A DNA stretch of 64,000 nt, taken from the NCBI RefSeq assembly GCF_040938485.1, contig NW_027270917.1:1922001-1986000 (forward strand). The letters are read 5' to 3'. Below are positions 11,776-24,449 of this stretch, piece by piece. The stretch comes from Diadema antillarum (taxonomy: Eukaryota). Under the pieces are notes generated by a model. That model was given only the letters and a program-made list of their open reading frames with translations, was not told where the DNA came from and searched no databases. Each line of letters starts with the position of its first letter. Within the stretch, counting starts at the first letter, position 1. The translations under genes and the position numbers were made by a program.

Positions 11776-14700
11776 ATGGCTTCCCAAGGTGTGATGAGGA
11801 CAGTCGTCATCCTGACATCGCTGATGGTCCTATTTTCGACTGTCAGCGGTCAATGCGGCACGTCAACCTCCGTCAACATCACCTACGCCGAGGATACCGT
11901 CTATGTGTACGAGGGCTCCGAAGCCAACGTGACCTTGTTTGTCACAGAAGTCACGGAAAACGGAATTTTGACCATGCGTTCAGAAAAGCCGCGGAACTTC
12001 GATCTGGTGGACACCGACTTCAGCGAAAACCTTACGACGGGGGACATCTATCCGCGCAACATTAGTGTAACCATCGCGGGGAAGTTTATTGACATTGGTG
12101 ATCTGGAAATTCTGTTCACGACCGAGGGCGGCCAGGACGCCCTCTCCGTCGGATCTCAGACAATTGGGGTCAGGCGCGTGCCTCGCCTCATTCAGGTGGT
12201 CTATATCTGGGTGATCCTCGCTTGGGTAGTTATCAGCTACATCTCTATGGGCGGCAGTATGGACCTCAAAGCGATTTGGGAGAAGGTCCGGCGTCCATGG
12301 GGCGTCCTCATTGGCATATTCTGTCAGTTCATCATCATGCCAGCTATGACCTACGCTATTGCCATCCTTGTCACAGGTAACACCTTCATCCTTTCTGTCT
12401 TTTAGTATGTCATTCCCAAAAATCTTTGGAAACAAGAATATATTGAAATATATTCTTTAATTAATGAATCCATTTTCATATGTCTGAGATTAGAAAACCT
12501 TCGACTTCTAGCCTTTTTTTTTACTTTAGAGAAACATAATGATTATCTTTACCTTCCGACATTAAATGAACCTAACAATGGTCACTTCTATTATGAAAAT
12601 AAACTGTCAAGAGATTACAAGCAAATATTTTCCTTTCCCTATAGATGAGCCGACGGCGGCTATCGGCATCGTTCTCGTCGGCACCTGCCCAGGCGGCTGG
12701 CTCAGCAACATCTTCAGCGTCCTCCTCGACGTCGATTTCGTACTAAGTGTGACGATGACCTTCTTCTCCTCCATCATCGCCCTGGGAATGATGCCGCTGA
12801 ACCTCTTTATCTACTCGACGCCGTTCACGCGGGGAGACTCTCGGCTGAGCACGCCATACGTCGAACTCGTCCAGCAGCTCGTTATCCTTGTGCTACCCGT
12901 GTTCATTGGCATCGCCTTATCCTACAAGTTTCCAAAGCAAGTCCAAACACCACTAATAAACTAAGCACTCAGTGATTAGCTTGCGAGAATGCATTTATAT
13001 CTTCATTTCTGTATGCCTCCTAGATTTCGTAATAGACAAAGCGTAAAGTACATACAACAGGTAAAACGTGCCATCGCATATTAGTATTGGACATTAATAA
13101 CGTAGCGATGAAAGCCGTTAATTAAGATATAGTATGATGAATCTCAAGAGTTAGGTGATAATTTTTATAATCAATAGCACCGTCGAGATACACCACTAGA
13201 TAGGTCTACAAGACTTGAGATGTATGAGAGCAGTTATAATCTTCTACTCTCAGAAATATGCACGATGTTGATAGGCCCCCTTTTTGGATGAAGCCAGGTT
13301 CCCGCTATTGTAGATGGTATCTTGTAATTTTTACCTTATCCCATTTCATCGATGAGACGACACGACTTACATTCTTTTCCTCTGACACCAGCATGTAATT
13401 TCCTAGCTGCTACGCTTAAAACAGGCCAAGTAAAAGCAAAACACCAATTAGAACAACAACCCCACACAAATGAAAGAAATCACTTTAGTTACACATTTGG
13501 TTAAAGTTGTATACAGTGACGTCCTATCATTATGCATGGTAAATATAAAGTTTGCAACTTGATGTCCTTTATTTTTCCATCATCTTTAATGTCTACTCAT
13601 CTCTATTTGTTCATAAAGGTTCAAGAAATTTTGCGCCAAGGTGATCAAACCGGTGTCAGCCCTCCTCATCATAGTCGGTCTCTCGCTCGGCATCCCGGCC
13701 GATCTCTACGCCTACACAACCTCTCCTCTCAGGGTAGGTCGATCTAAATACTCAAGTCTTACTGCATGGCCCGCTGCCAAATCTTTCATAGTTATCACGG
13801 CTATCTAAAAAGATTGCAATGATGTTAAAAATATATCAATGTTTTCAGAACCGAAGAAGCACTGCGTTGCCACCATGAGTGAGATCATAGAGATTGCGGG
13901 CATTTTTATTCTTTCGTCTACATATTTGTGAATTTATTCATCTTACTTTTCTATGTTTTTCGTAATGAATCATTATATACCTATAGATCAAACCCAACTG
14001 GTTTTTTTTTTCTACTTACCTGATGTATGCAACGTTGAAACGGCAAATATAAGGGCAACAGCAGCTCTTGTAAACTAAAAGCCCTACATTTATTGTGGCT
14101 TAAATGCCGACTGTTATCAGGCTCATTAAGCCATCTTCAAATATATCATATCCTCTCCTATTCCTATCCACCCCTAGAGAGTGAAACAATAGAAAAATAT
14201 GACATGCAAGTTTGAATATGCAAAAATATGCAAATGAGACAGCTATTGAGCAGACTAAGAAGCGTGCGAATACCCGGAGGTTGCTAAATCATCTTTTTAT
14301 CTTTTTGTAGAACTGGATAGCGAGCATCATCACGCCTGCCTGTGGTGCCTTCTTCGGGCTTGCCTTCGCGCGGATCTTCGGCCGAAACGTGCGCACCTCA
14401 ATCACCATCGCTCTGGAGACCGGTGTGCAAAACGCCCTTCTCGGCCGCACCATCGTGGCGCTATTCTACCCGCAACCCGAGGCCGACCTGATTGCACGCG
14501 TCCAGCTCACCGTTGTCCTGGTAACGCTCATCGAAGGCACTCTGGCATCCATCCTCTATTCATGTTTCAGGTATGACGTCAGGGAGTTTGCTTCATGGCA
14601 GAGATATCGAGACCTGCATTGCAGCTCTTCCTGTATTTTTTGTCATCTCTTTTCGAAGTCACAATAAGACGAAGCTCATTTATCTATTTTTACATGTGCT

Positions 14701-15726
14701 CTGCTATCATTAACAATAGATCTCTCTTTCTCTCTCTCCCTCTCTCTGACACATCCTTTCAGTATAAAACATATTATAATGCGACATATCATATTTGCAT
14801 GTGTAACATACACAAGCATCAAATTAGAATACACTCGGATATATAAACTTTGAATTAGGTATATACAAGCTTTAAATTAGAATACATTCGAGCAAGCTTA
14901 GCATAATCGTTAGAGTTTTACTTTTTTTAGTTTGTTTTAGGATGAGACCACTCTAGGAAAAATAAAAGAAAATGGTCGATCGCAAACTTGATATCACTGC
15001 GTCAGCCATGGCGAGATTTATCATGATGCTCGATCGTGTGACTGTTAAAGTTTCTTCATTTCTACAATCAAAATCAACAACACTTTGGTTTTTTTTTAAC
15101 CTGATGGTGAGTTTTTAGGCTAAACAGAGTGCAATATGTTTATTTCTATGACAACAGGAACTGGCACCCCATTAGTTTTGTTGTCGCATTTGTATTTTTT
15201 TTCTCTCTCTTTCTGTTTTTTTTTAAGGGGTGTAAGTTTGAATGTATATAATCTTGAATGTTACATATTCTCTATTTTTGTTGTCAGGTTTATATTGTGT
15301 ACTTTTGCTTTGATTGCAGTTTTGTGTAATTGAATATATGTTTGTGCAATTTTTTATTTTTTCTTGCAGGGCCCCTCGGTAGAGCAATTTTGTAACTGTA
15401 AGGACTGCCCTGTTGAAATAGAACGGAAATAAATAAATAAGCGAATAAATGAATAAATAAGGATATAAATAAATACATAAATACATTATTTAATCAATTT
15501 ACTGATTAATCAATTAATAAACATTCAATCATTCAGGTACCTCATGTGTCGTAGTTGCTGCGAGAAGATGATGGCGCCAGAAGAGGACGAGAAGCAGGAA
15601 GAAGCCGCCGTGGCAGTCGATGATGTCGAACCAAAGATGAACTACGAGAGCAACGGGAATACCGGTCATCCGATGTCCGACACCCCTGGGACGGACAACC
15701 CGGGTTTCGAGCTCAAAGAAGCATGA
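11776..15726 (+). CDS. SLC10-family cotransporter-like protein B1; 5 coding exons, 485 aa
   Basis: join(11776..12376,12645..12936,13619..13733,14311..14570,15537..15726) = 1458 nt, open, ending TGA. Intron phases 1,2,0,2. Acceptors are all AG; donors are GT except intron 2, which is GC (AA|GCAAGT). Motifs: CQFIIMPA, GTCPGGWLSN, LETGVQNALLG. A 5'UTR acceptor tgcAG at 11770-11771 lies just upstream of the ATG. Confidence 0.92.
15360..15480 (+). mobile_element. Non-LTR retroelement 3' end (CR1/L2-type terminal stem-loop + A-rich tail) in B1 intron 4
   Basis: gcagggcccctcggtagagca...actg...ctgccctg followed by (AATAA)n-like repeats. The same motif ends the SINE at ~44700-44750. Confidence 0.5.
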
Positions 15727-15899
15727 GGAAATGTTGACAAATTGACTAGCTGGACATCGCCCTCACGTTTGGCCATTCTGGTGTCCACTGACAAAACTCG
15801 CTAGTTTCTGAAGACTCGCTAGTTTCTGAAGACTCTTAAAAAGTCCCGTACGCACTCATGATGGCTAGTAGTGACAGAATGTGACTATTGCAGTATTCA

Positions 15900-16255
15900 G
15901 TATATAATAGGCAGATTCAGTATTGCAGCACCACAATCCTGGAATAGTCTCTCCCCAAATATCCAATCAGCAGTTAACAGAGATCAATGAAAAAATGTTG
16001 GAAACTTATTTGCTCCAAACTTTAGACCTCAATGATAGTTTGTACTAAATTGAACTGCTGGTGATCTAACAGGTTTAAGGTCACTGTTAATTTGTTTTGT
16101 CTTGTAAATATTGTCGATATCTTGCATTTTGTTGAAATTGTTTAAGCGCTTTGAGTCTGTACACAAAAGGCACTATATAGATATTGGTTATTATCATTAT
16201 TATTATCATTATTATTATTATTATCATTATTATTATTATTATTATTATTACAATT
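15900..16255 (+). mobile_element. L2/CR1-clade LINE 3' end with (TTA)n tail
   Basis: Degenerate RT C-terminus RFSIAAPQSWNSLSPNI...KMLETYL (~15910-16015), then aagcgctttgag...ggcactatatag and a (TTA)n tail at ~16190-16250. Confidence 0.65.
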
Positions 16256-18374
16256 ATGGCAGATGACATCCAACATTAGCAAGCCGTGAGTTTAATTAAC
16301 CCCAGATTTTTAGAAAAAAAAAAAACATATTTCGCCAAATTGAACCATCAAAGCCAGTGAGAGTATCTTGAAAACTTGAACGGGTGTTTTCTTTATCACT
16401 GTTTTATGGATTCCACATTATTTTGTATGCGTGTGTCATACCAATCATAAGTTTGAATTGTTACCATGTGTGCCTGGGTTCAAGACTTTGTTTGAGTTGG
16501 ATATAGTTTGTAAGACAGTCACTGTTTGCTAAACGTTTCATCAGGTTAATTGTTGACCACTTTACCTCATTCAACGATAACTACGATATAATTCATAACC
16601 GGAAAATATGTAGATAGTGATGTGTGTGTATCTGTGTATTTGTGCTTGTTCCCTGATGTCTATGTACAATTTTTGTAGAAAAGAACGTCCAATGGCATTT
16701 TTTATACCATTAAGGTTTTTTATAACTGAGTAAACGCATCTATATCTCATTCTTGGTTTAAAAAAAAGTACCTTACTGTTACTCTACGTAGGACCTATGT
16801 TCAAAGTCGTCTTTATTACATACGTGTCAGCACCTTCATTTGTCAGAGAATAAATAAACAAGACTTTTTGTTGCACTTTATATAAAGGGCAACAGAGAAG
16901 TGTTGTTGTGTCTCATTACAGAGACCATCATTTTCAGGATACACAAAAAGCATTTCGATATGTTTTGCTCAGATTTGGGTTTTTGTATGTATTTGCTGCT
17001 TCACCCTCTAACACAAAGCGATCTGTTCGTTTGTTTGTTTGTTTTCAATCACATGACCTCCTTTGGGCTCTCATTGAATTGAATTGAATGCATCAATACC
17101 TTAAGAAGGAGGAGAACATTGATATGAATGGTCTTTCTTGTGTAGACTGATGGCATGATGCGTTCTAAATCGTACATGTGGTAACACCGGCCATTACTTT
17201 AAGAAATTATAGTTTATGAAATGATGGTTCACGAAATGCTGGGATTCGATTAAGTCCTCTTTACGTCATGACATCCTTGGACGATCCTTGGTTAATATTA
17301 GGACGCCAATTTACCTAGAGCTTCGAGTTGAATATTGTGAGATTTATTTGCTATGCCAACAGTTATGTCATAGTAGCATGTGTTAAGTAGAAACAAACGA
17401 AATCTTCCATTATCATCATGTTCATACGATTGTCAAATGCCTCTGTTGTAAAATATTACTGACGCATATATTGAAAATGTAGAGGTATGTAAAGTAGGTC
17501 GATTTTTTTTTTACAATAATGACTTCATGAGGAAGAATTGTAATAAATTATATGATGAATGTTCATCTCAGTATATCCATCAGCTCATAAAGCTTGATTT
17601 TAATGCATCTTTTATCAGATTGCCTTATGAAAAGTACAAACTAATGACAATTTTTCTTTCATATTTTGTCATTGATTTTGTATCAAGAATGCATCATCTT
17701 TCCTTCTATATAGATTAATCTATAATCAGCTCAGACATCAAATTACTCATTACGAATTAAGAATTATGCCATGATATTATTCGCATGTTCTCACATACTA
17801 GTATAGACAGCGGGGAAGGGAGTTTTATGATCTGAGAAACAATGAAAAAATAGGGGAAAAACACCAAATACATATAATGTACTGAATATTGCATTAATTA
17901 AACAATTCAAAATACTTTGAAATACGTTCCATACGCTAGAAGACTGATTGCTTGCTTACTATAATCCTACATAATACTGCACAAACCAACATTCGTAGTT
18001 ACACACGTGATACCTACGGCTAAAGACAGGGATCACCCCCATTATCCCTTCCTGGTCCTTGTAGGGTCCGCAAGAGAGGGTATTAATGCGCCTCATTTTT
18101 AGTTATCAACAACAGATGGTTAGCGGAATGCCTTGGAATGAAAGTAGGTAGTTTCTTTTTTAATCCGTTTCTGATTTATGCAATATCGTGAAAGATTATT
18201 TATTCTATTTATCTATTCACTTTGTTTTCAGTAGGGTTTTGCTCTGTCAGTGGCTACAGACAAAATAATGTGCAAGTTATCCGTTTCTTCTAGTTTCTTT
18301 TTTTTTGAACAAAAAAAAAACAAAGCACCAGTTTTCTGTAAGCTGCCCATTTCCCTGTCAATTCCTTGTCAATT

Positions 18375-18412
<38 letters not shown>

Positions 18413-19554
18413 CATTTCGCTTTGCAGTAAGGCAGGGTATGTCAGTGTCACGTCTTTTTTTCCTTTGTATTTTACGGTTGCTTAAGATTGTCTTTTCATT
18501 ACTCTGTTAAATGGTAAATCTTTCTTATTTCTATAATTTTAAAAGTGCTGTATAAATTGTATTTATCCTGTTCATGACCTTAAAAATACCCTAATGACTG
18601 AGAACCATTCGTTCGATGAACCAACATTCACACCCACAAGCACACACACTTTTTGCAGACAGTGCCTTTTTTTTACAATTAATCGAAATTTACATGATGA
18701 TGGAAAATGTCGCTAAGCACGGAGAGAAATCCCAGGTTAAAAGATTAAGATATAATAGGCCTATCAAGATGCGATTCATTTGCTTTTTGAGCAGAACAAT
18801 TAACACTTTCAATCACGATCGCAAATGTCGGCAGAACGAACTTGACTAATCTTCTGCTTAGAATTATAAACAGTGTTTCCACTAAACTATCATATGAATA
18901 TTGTTTTATAACAGGTGAATAGTTTGCATTGATTTGATGAATAACTAGTATAAACTGTGAATATAAGCACGCTTTGGTGAGTTATGTAAACTTGGTGTTT
19001 CAAGCATGTTATCATAATTCTTTCTGCAACGTGACTAGAATGTCCAGAATGCTACAAATTACTCTCTAACAAACAATCGTGGTGATTCAACTGCAAATCT
19101 GCATTGAGGATATAAACCCAGTTTGTACTAACCCCTGAATATGCTTAATAACCATGTGGTTTAATGATAAATCTGTTGAGATGATTTAGGTGTTTGTTTT
19201 TCTAGTTCAAAAGAAAGAAGAATAAATGTGAAAGGGCAATGAGGATCGCTAGCATTGCTGTAACCGTCACCTCTTTTCTTCGTCATGCCCCCCCCCCCTC
19301 TCGTTGCGTAAGGCCATGAGACCGAGGTTTTTATTATTTCCCTCCACGCTATGAATACTCAGGATAATTCTTTTAAATCAGTGAACGTTGGCAGCATTTA
19401 AATTCTATCATTAGTTGCAAATCTGCAGTGATCATCTTTCTCTACAAAAAGAAAATATGGTAGAGCCTTGAAAAGATTATGGATATTACGACAGGTAACT
19501 GTTATTCAGGACATTCAGACCAATACTCTTTAATATTTTTTGATTTGATTTGAT

Positions 19555-19770
19555 TTGATTTATTGGTTTCTGTATCATCATTGTACATATACACATTCAT
19601 GTACAAACATAAATATGATAATATATATACGTATTTTCTTGTTCATTGCCTGTGTACAATGTACAGCAAAAGTACAACAAAACATACTACAATGAATAAT
19701 ACAGAGGGGCTACAGCATAAGCGTAGCTTGATTTGCGTGCAGCCCCCGTAGCATAACATAATATAATGTA
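19555..19770 (-). mobile_element. Probable CR1-type LINE 3' end (minus strand)
   Basis: (TTTGA)n at 19549-19562 reads as a (TCAAA)n tail on the minus strand, next to a ggggct...agcccc stem-loop (19706-19748). This stretch is absent from duplicate copy 2. Confidence 0.4.
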
Positions 19771-20314
19771 CATCGGAAGGAGAATAGGAGGGAGGGATGA
19801 CTTGCATAGAGATAGGATAGTTGAAAGGAGAAAGGGAAGGGAGAGGCTTGTCTGCTTTCACTAAAGGTTTATACAAAATAAAATCACCTGTATCACTGAT
19901 TAGCAAGACATGACAAAATATTTCTTCAACGTATATCTTCGCATCGTATAAGCTTCTTCACAGGTGCTTAGATACCGTGGTAATTGGTTTCAAGAACTTG
20001 CATAGATTGATGGAGAGTGATTAAAGCCCTATAAGAGGAGGGTGATTGACTACGTAGTATTATTCATCGATAAAAGAATCAAAGTCTTCTGGTTGAAGAT
20101 TACTGAGCTACGGGAAGGACAGTGTAATATGAATAACACGTCATTGTCGCCATCAGCACTCAGCCAGTCGGTCAGTCATCGGCAGTCTCTCGGGAGGGTG
20201 AGTTATAACTAACGTCGGACCAAGCAAATGAAGCATCGCACTTCGATATCCTCTATATATGCTTCTCATATCAATAATATTCTACCGAGCTGGTGATCGA
20301 CACATCCCAACGTC

Positions 20315-21664
20315 ATGTCTTCCATGCAAATAATTCTTAAAACGATTATGCTTCTTGTGTTGGCAGTTGGTAGTTCGGCTGAATTGAACTATACAACCCT
20401 GCCGGAACACTTCTTGTTACTTTCACAAGGAGACATCGACATTTTGCAGGTGAATCTGGCAGGAGTGACAGAGCCGCTCACCGTCGAGGTTTCCAGCAGT
20501 AATTCACGTATATTTACCTTGGATCAAACTGTTTTCCAGCTGGATGCTGCAGATTTGCAGACTATAGTGATACCCGTTCGGGGGGTTTCTCTTGGTATTG
20601 ATACCATTCAATTTACAGTACGTGGGAACACTGGCTTGATCGATCCAAGATTCGATATTCAGCCCTTCATCGTGAAAGTGAAGCGAAAGACCAACCTCAT
20701 ACAGAAAATCTTCGCGTACGTGATGTTGGTCTGGCTAATAGTGAACTATGTTACCATGGGCGTGAAGCTGGAATGGAACCTGATACGGGGAAAGCTAAAA
20801 AGACCATTTGGCGTTGTTATCGGAGCTCTCTGCCAGTTCATCATCATGCCCGGCTGTGCGGCTCTTTTGGCCAGGGCCTTAAGACTCGACTCTACCACTG
20901 CTGTAGCATTGATCATCGTGGGCTCATGTCCCGGAGGATGGTTGAGTAATGTCTTCACTCTCCTTCTCGACTGCGATCTCATATTGAGTCTGACGATGAC
21001 TTTTTGCTCCACCGTGATCGCCCTAGGACTCATGCCACTAAATCTTTTCATCTACGCCAGACCTTACACCAGCGGTAATAGCAGCATCCGCATACCCTTC
21101 CTCCAGATTTTCCTTCAGCTCATCACCTTGGTCGTTCCACTCACTATCGGCACTTACGTCGCCAATCGTTACCCCAAGGCTGCAAAGTGGTTCCGTCGCC
21201 TGCTCAAACCCCTGGCTGTCATCGTCGTTATTATTGGTTTCGCTACAAGTGTGTGGGTAAAATACTACGCATTTGTATCTCCGGTCGAAGTCTATCTTTG
21301 CGCCATCCTTCTGCCAGTTATTGGGGCGGTCCTTGGTCTTCTTGTTTCAAAAATGACTTGTCTCTCAAACCGCGCAGCCATCACAATCTGCATAGAAACA
21401 GGTTCTCAGAACGCTCTCTTGGCAACCTCCGTCATTGCTCTCTCGCTTTCGCAACCCGAAGCCGACCTTATGACTAGGGTCCCGGTCCTACTCGTTGCTA
21501 TGACATTTGGTTTTCTACTCACCATGACCGGCATTTACGCCATCATGAAGCGATATCCTGGTCGATACGAATTACCCGAACGTGAGGAAATAGGCAAAAA
21601 CGTGGCGACCGATGAAAACGAAGGTACCGCTGGCTCCTCCGAACGCGCTGTTTGCGGCCTGTAG
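20315..21664 (+). CDS. SLC10-family cotransporter-like protein A2; intronless CDS, 449 aa, short tail
   Basis: Open ORF, close paralogue of A1. Signal peptide MSSMQIILKTIMLLVLAVGSSA; motifs GSCPGGWLSN and IETGSQNALLA; ends at TAG. Confidence 0.93.
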   Translation: MSSMQIILKTIMLLVLAVGSSAELNYTTLPEHFLLLSQGDIDILQVNLAGVTEPLTVEVSSSNSRIFTLDQTVFQLDAADLQTIVIPVRGVSLGIDTIQFTVRGNTGLIDPRFDIQPFIVKVKRKTNLIQKIFAYVMLVWLIVNYVTMGVKLEWNLIRGKLKRPFGVVIGALCQFIIMPGCAALLARALRLDSTTAVALIIVGSCPGGWLSNVFTLLLDCDLILSLTMTFCSTVIALGLMPLNLFIYARPYTSGNSSIRIPFLQIFLQLITLVVPLTIGTYVANRYPKAAKWFRRLLKPLAVIVVIIGFATSVWVKYYAFVSPVEVYLCAILLPVIGAVLGLLVSKMTCLSNRAAITICIETGSQNALLATSVIALSLSQPEADLMTRVPVLLVAMTFGFLLTMTGIYAIMKRYPGRYELPEREEIGKNVATDENEGTAGSSERAVCGL

Positions 21665-22879
21665 GCTAGGATCCACAGAAATATCCAAACGATAGTCCAA
21701 GCTCCTGGCCATTTTTTTTTTTGAGAAAAGAAAGCTCCTCCGAATGTTTCCAAAGTCCTCGCAGGTCGATTTCGAAGAGGCGCGATGGACTAACAGAGAT
21801 GCTTCAGCCACGGTTTCGTTGTCGACTTGGTAAGAACAACATACGGCGATCTATATCAAGATGTAACCACGTCAGTTGTCCTTGGTTACTCTTGACTCCA
21901 TGTGAGCTGCCGGTATTGATGTCAGGAGTTCTGATGTTAGGGCAGATTAATTTGTGGGGACACAAATATGACAAAAGGGGACTTGTGATCACTCATTATT
22001 CATTTCGCTTTGGAGCAACATTCATGAACAGAGAACTCTGATTTCACAAGTAAAGCAGCCCACTGCTGTTAGCAATGTTGCTGATTATGATTTGCGGTAT
22101 ATGTGCATTTCATTTGCATCTTTGCATCTTGTCATTTGTGGCAGATCTTAATGCGATATTCATTTGTTTATCAGAAAATGTAACTTGTACACAGAGAAAA
22201 GAGCCTATAGCATGTAATGCTTTGATATCATTTTGCTGTATAGTCGTAATATTTTGATATAATTTTACTGTATAGTCTAATAAAGTCGAGTACAACTGCA
22301 TGCATAATGTATGATTAGATCATTGTTGACCGCTTAAAGAGTCACGATTCAAGGCAATTTATGGTCATGTAGAAAATATACATAAATATGTTTTTCATAT
22401 GTTGACACAGTGCAGGTGCACACTGCAAAGGTGCATAGACGTGCTTGCTCACAAGCTTATATCAACTACTAACATCCTTTTCAGTTCAACTTATGAATAC
22501 ATTACATTGTTGCATACATTTCTGTATTGCTTTATTCGAATTTCTAATGTTTTTTATTCTTCGTTTTATTTAAACCAACACATTACAGACATAATTATAT
22601 CAGATACAATATTACTTTAGAATTGGGATTAATGCTTGCTAATTTTGTGCCGAGCACACCAGTTTGTTTTGTATATCATTTAATGATACAATTAATTGTA
22701 TAGCTAATAACATAGAATTGAAAAGAAAGTAGTAGAAGTTTCAATCATATACGTAGCTGGTGATGAGCTAAGAAATTTATGGAATTATAAAGTATTTCAT
22801 ATTTAAAACAAAAATTTCATTCACAGTGATCATATCTAAAGATGATGTTATGATATAATAGCCTGACAAGTCTTTCAGT

Positions 22880-23160
22880 TGTGAGTTTCTGCAATCGCGT
22901 CACTGCCGGCAACCAGGGACAGCCTGGTGGTAGTGCCGCTGCCCGGAAAGCAGTAAATGACTGGTTCTTGTCCCACCGGTTCCTTTTTTTTCCCCGACAT
23001 GTTTGATTTTTTTAATTCGACACGTTGATTTACATATCAGCAGTTGCGATCTTAACAAATTTGATTTGTATAGGGAGACAAAACTCGCACCTGAACCTCC
23101 ACACCTCTGTTTATCTTTCTTTGATTTAATAAGTCTTCTATTTATCAATGCACGAACCAT
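22880..23160 (+). mobile_element. Insertion with a degenerate tRNA-like segment (SINE-like)
   Basis: gcctggtggtagtg...cccggaaagcag...ggttcttgtcccaccgg resembles A and B boxes. The block is missing at the homologous site in copy 2 (~37810-37850). Confidence 0.4.
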
Positions 23161-23759
23161 AAGTAAACGTCATCATTTGATAACATTTCCGTTAGAATGT
23201 CAAAGAGCAGTCGTTAAATCATTGACCAAAGCATCACTTTAATCAATTTTGTTTGAACAAGTATGGAGGCAATGCAAACATAGGGCCACTATCCTCGTCA
23301 AGCGTGTGCTTGTGATCATTGTCTCCTGGATTTCTCTCAGTCCCTACATTTAGAGTTGCTTAATTTTTTGTGTTTTTTTTTAACTGCAGGTGCATGAAAT
23401 TTTCTAGCTTGATGTGTATACAAAAAATAACACCTGCCCGTCTTCATTTTGTATTAACATAGAATACTTTCATAGACTTCAGTTAATCACTTATCTGTTT
23501 CCACTTTTAGAATCAAACAATTCCATAATTTTGTTCAATTGGCTTTGTACTTTCATGTATGAAAACGAAATAAAGAAATGAATTCACTTAATCATCAATT
23601 AACATCTACAGTAAAACAACAACATCTACATCTGCAATACAATACAACGCAATAAATACAATAAATTGAGAGTTAGAAAATATTGCCTAATGGATAAGAG
23701 CAAATATTAAGTTATCTGTCAATCTTCAAAAAAGGATGATTATATGCTTTTAGCAATTC

Positions 23760-24305
23760 TACATTACTGTTGATAATGGCTTTCATGGTACTCCACTCGA
23801 AAATGTTTCCCATGCAAAATTTCTTGGAATAACAGTCCATAATAAGCTTTCATCGAAATTTTATATTGAGAGTACAAACCGTATATGTAAAACTATTTCA
23901 CGTAGCATTGGTATAATAATAATAAGCATACATTTTGCTTTCCTTTATCGTCCCTGCTCACATTATATTCATCCCTAATATTGCCATATCTTGATTATGG
24001 TTTTTTCGAGTGGAGAAATACATAATAAATACTCTTAGATAAACTACTTTTACTACAAAAGAAATCACTCCGTATCATATGTCATACTGGATTTTTGTTA
24101 CATACTGACCCGCCCTTTTTTAGCACAAAATATTGAAAATTGAAGATTTGTATCTTTTCAATTTAGGAAAATTTATATACAATTGTAACAAAAACACTCT
24201 CCCAAATACATTTGAACCAATGCTTCGAAGAAATCAATCCGTTCACAATTATCCAACAAGGCGATCGAATGATTTATATTTGCCAAAGAACAAATTACGT
24301 CGAAC
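23760..24305 (+). mobile_element. Decayed CR1/L2-clade LINE reverse-transcriptase C-terminal fragment
   Basis: Frameshifted pieces HAKFLGITV, CKTISRSIGII, LLTLYSSLILPYLDYG, LQKKSLRIICH and LKIEDLYLFNLGKFIY...HNYPTRRSNDLYLP (ORF 24133-24372). Not present in copy 2. Confidence 0.8.
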
Positions 24306-24401
24306 AAATTGCGTCGAACGAAGAGACGTGGCGCCTGTAACAACAGAAAATAAAGAAGAACTGTTACATTGAAAACGGAGTCAGTCCTGAACCTTTATGT
24401 G

Positions 24402-24449
<48 letters not shown>

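Noticed and set aside
21662-21760. Programmed stop-codon readthrough at the A2/A3 TAG
   Set aside because: The context is TAG-G rather than a leaky TGA-C type, and the downstream homology to the A1 tail is frameshifted in both genes.
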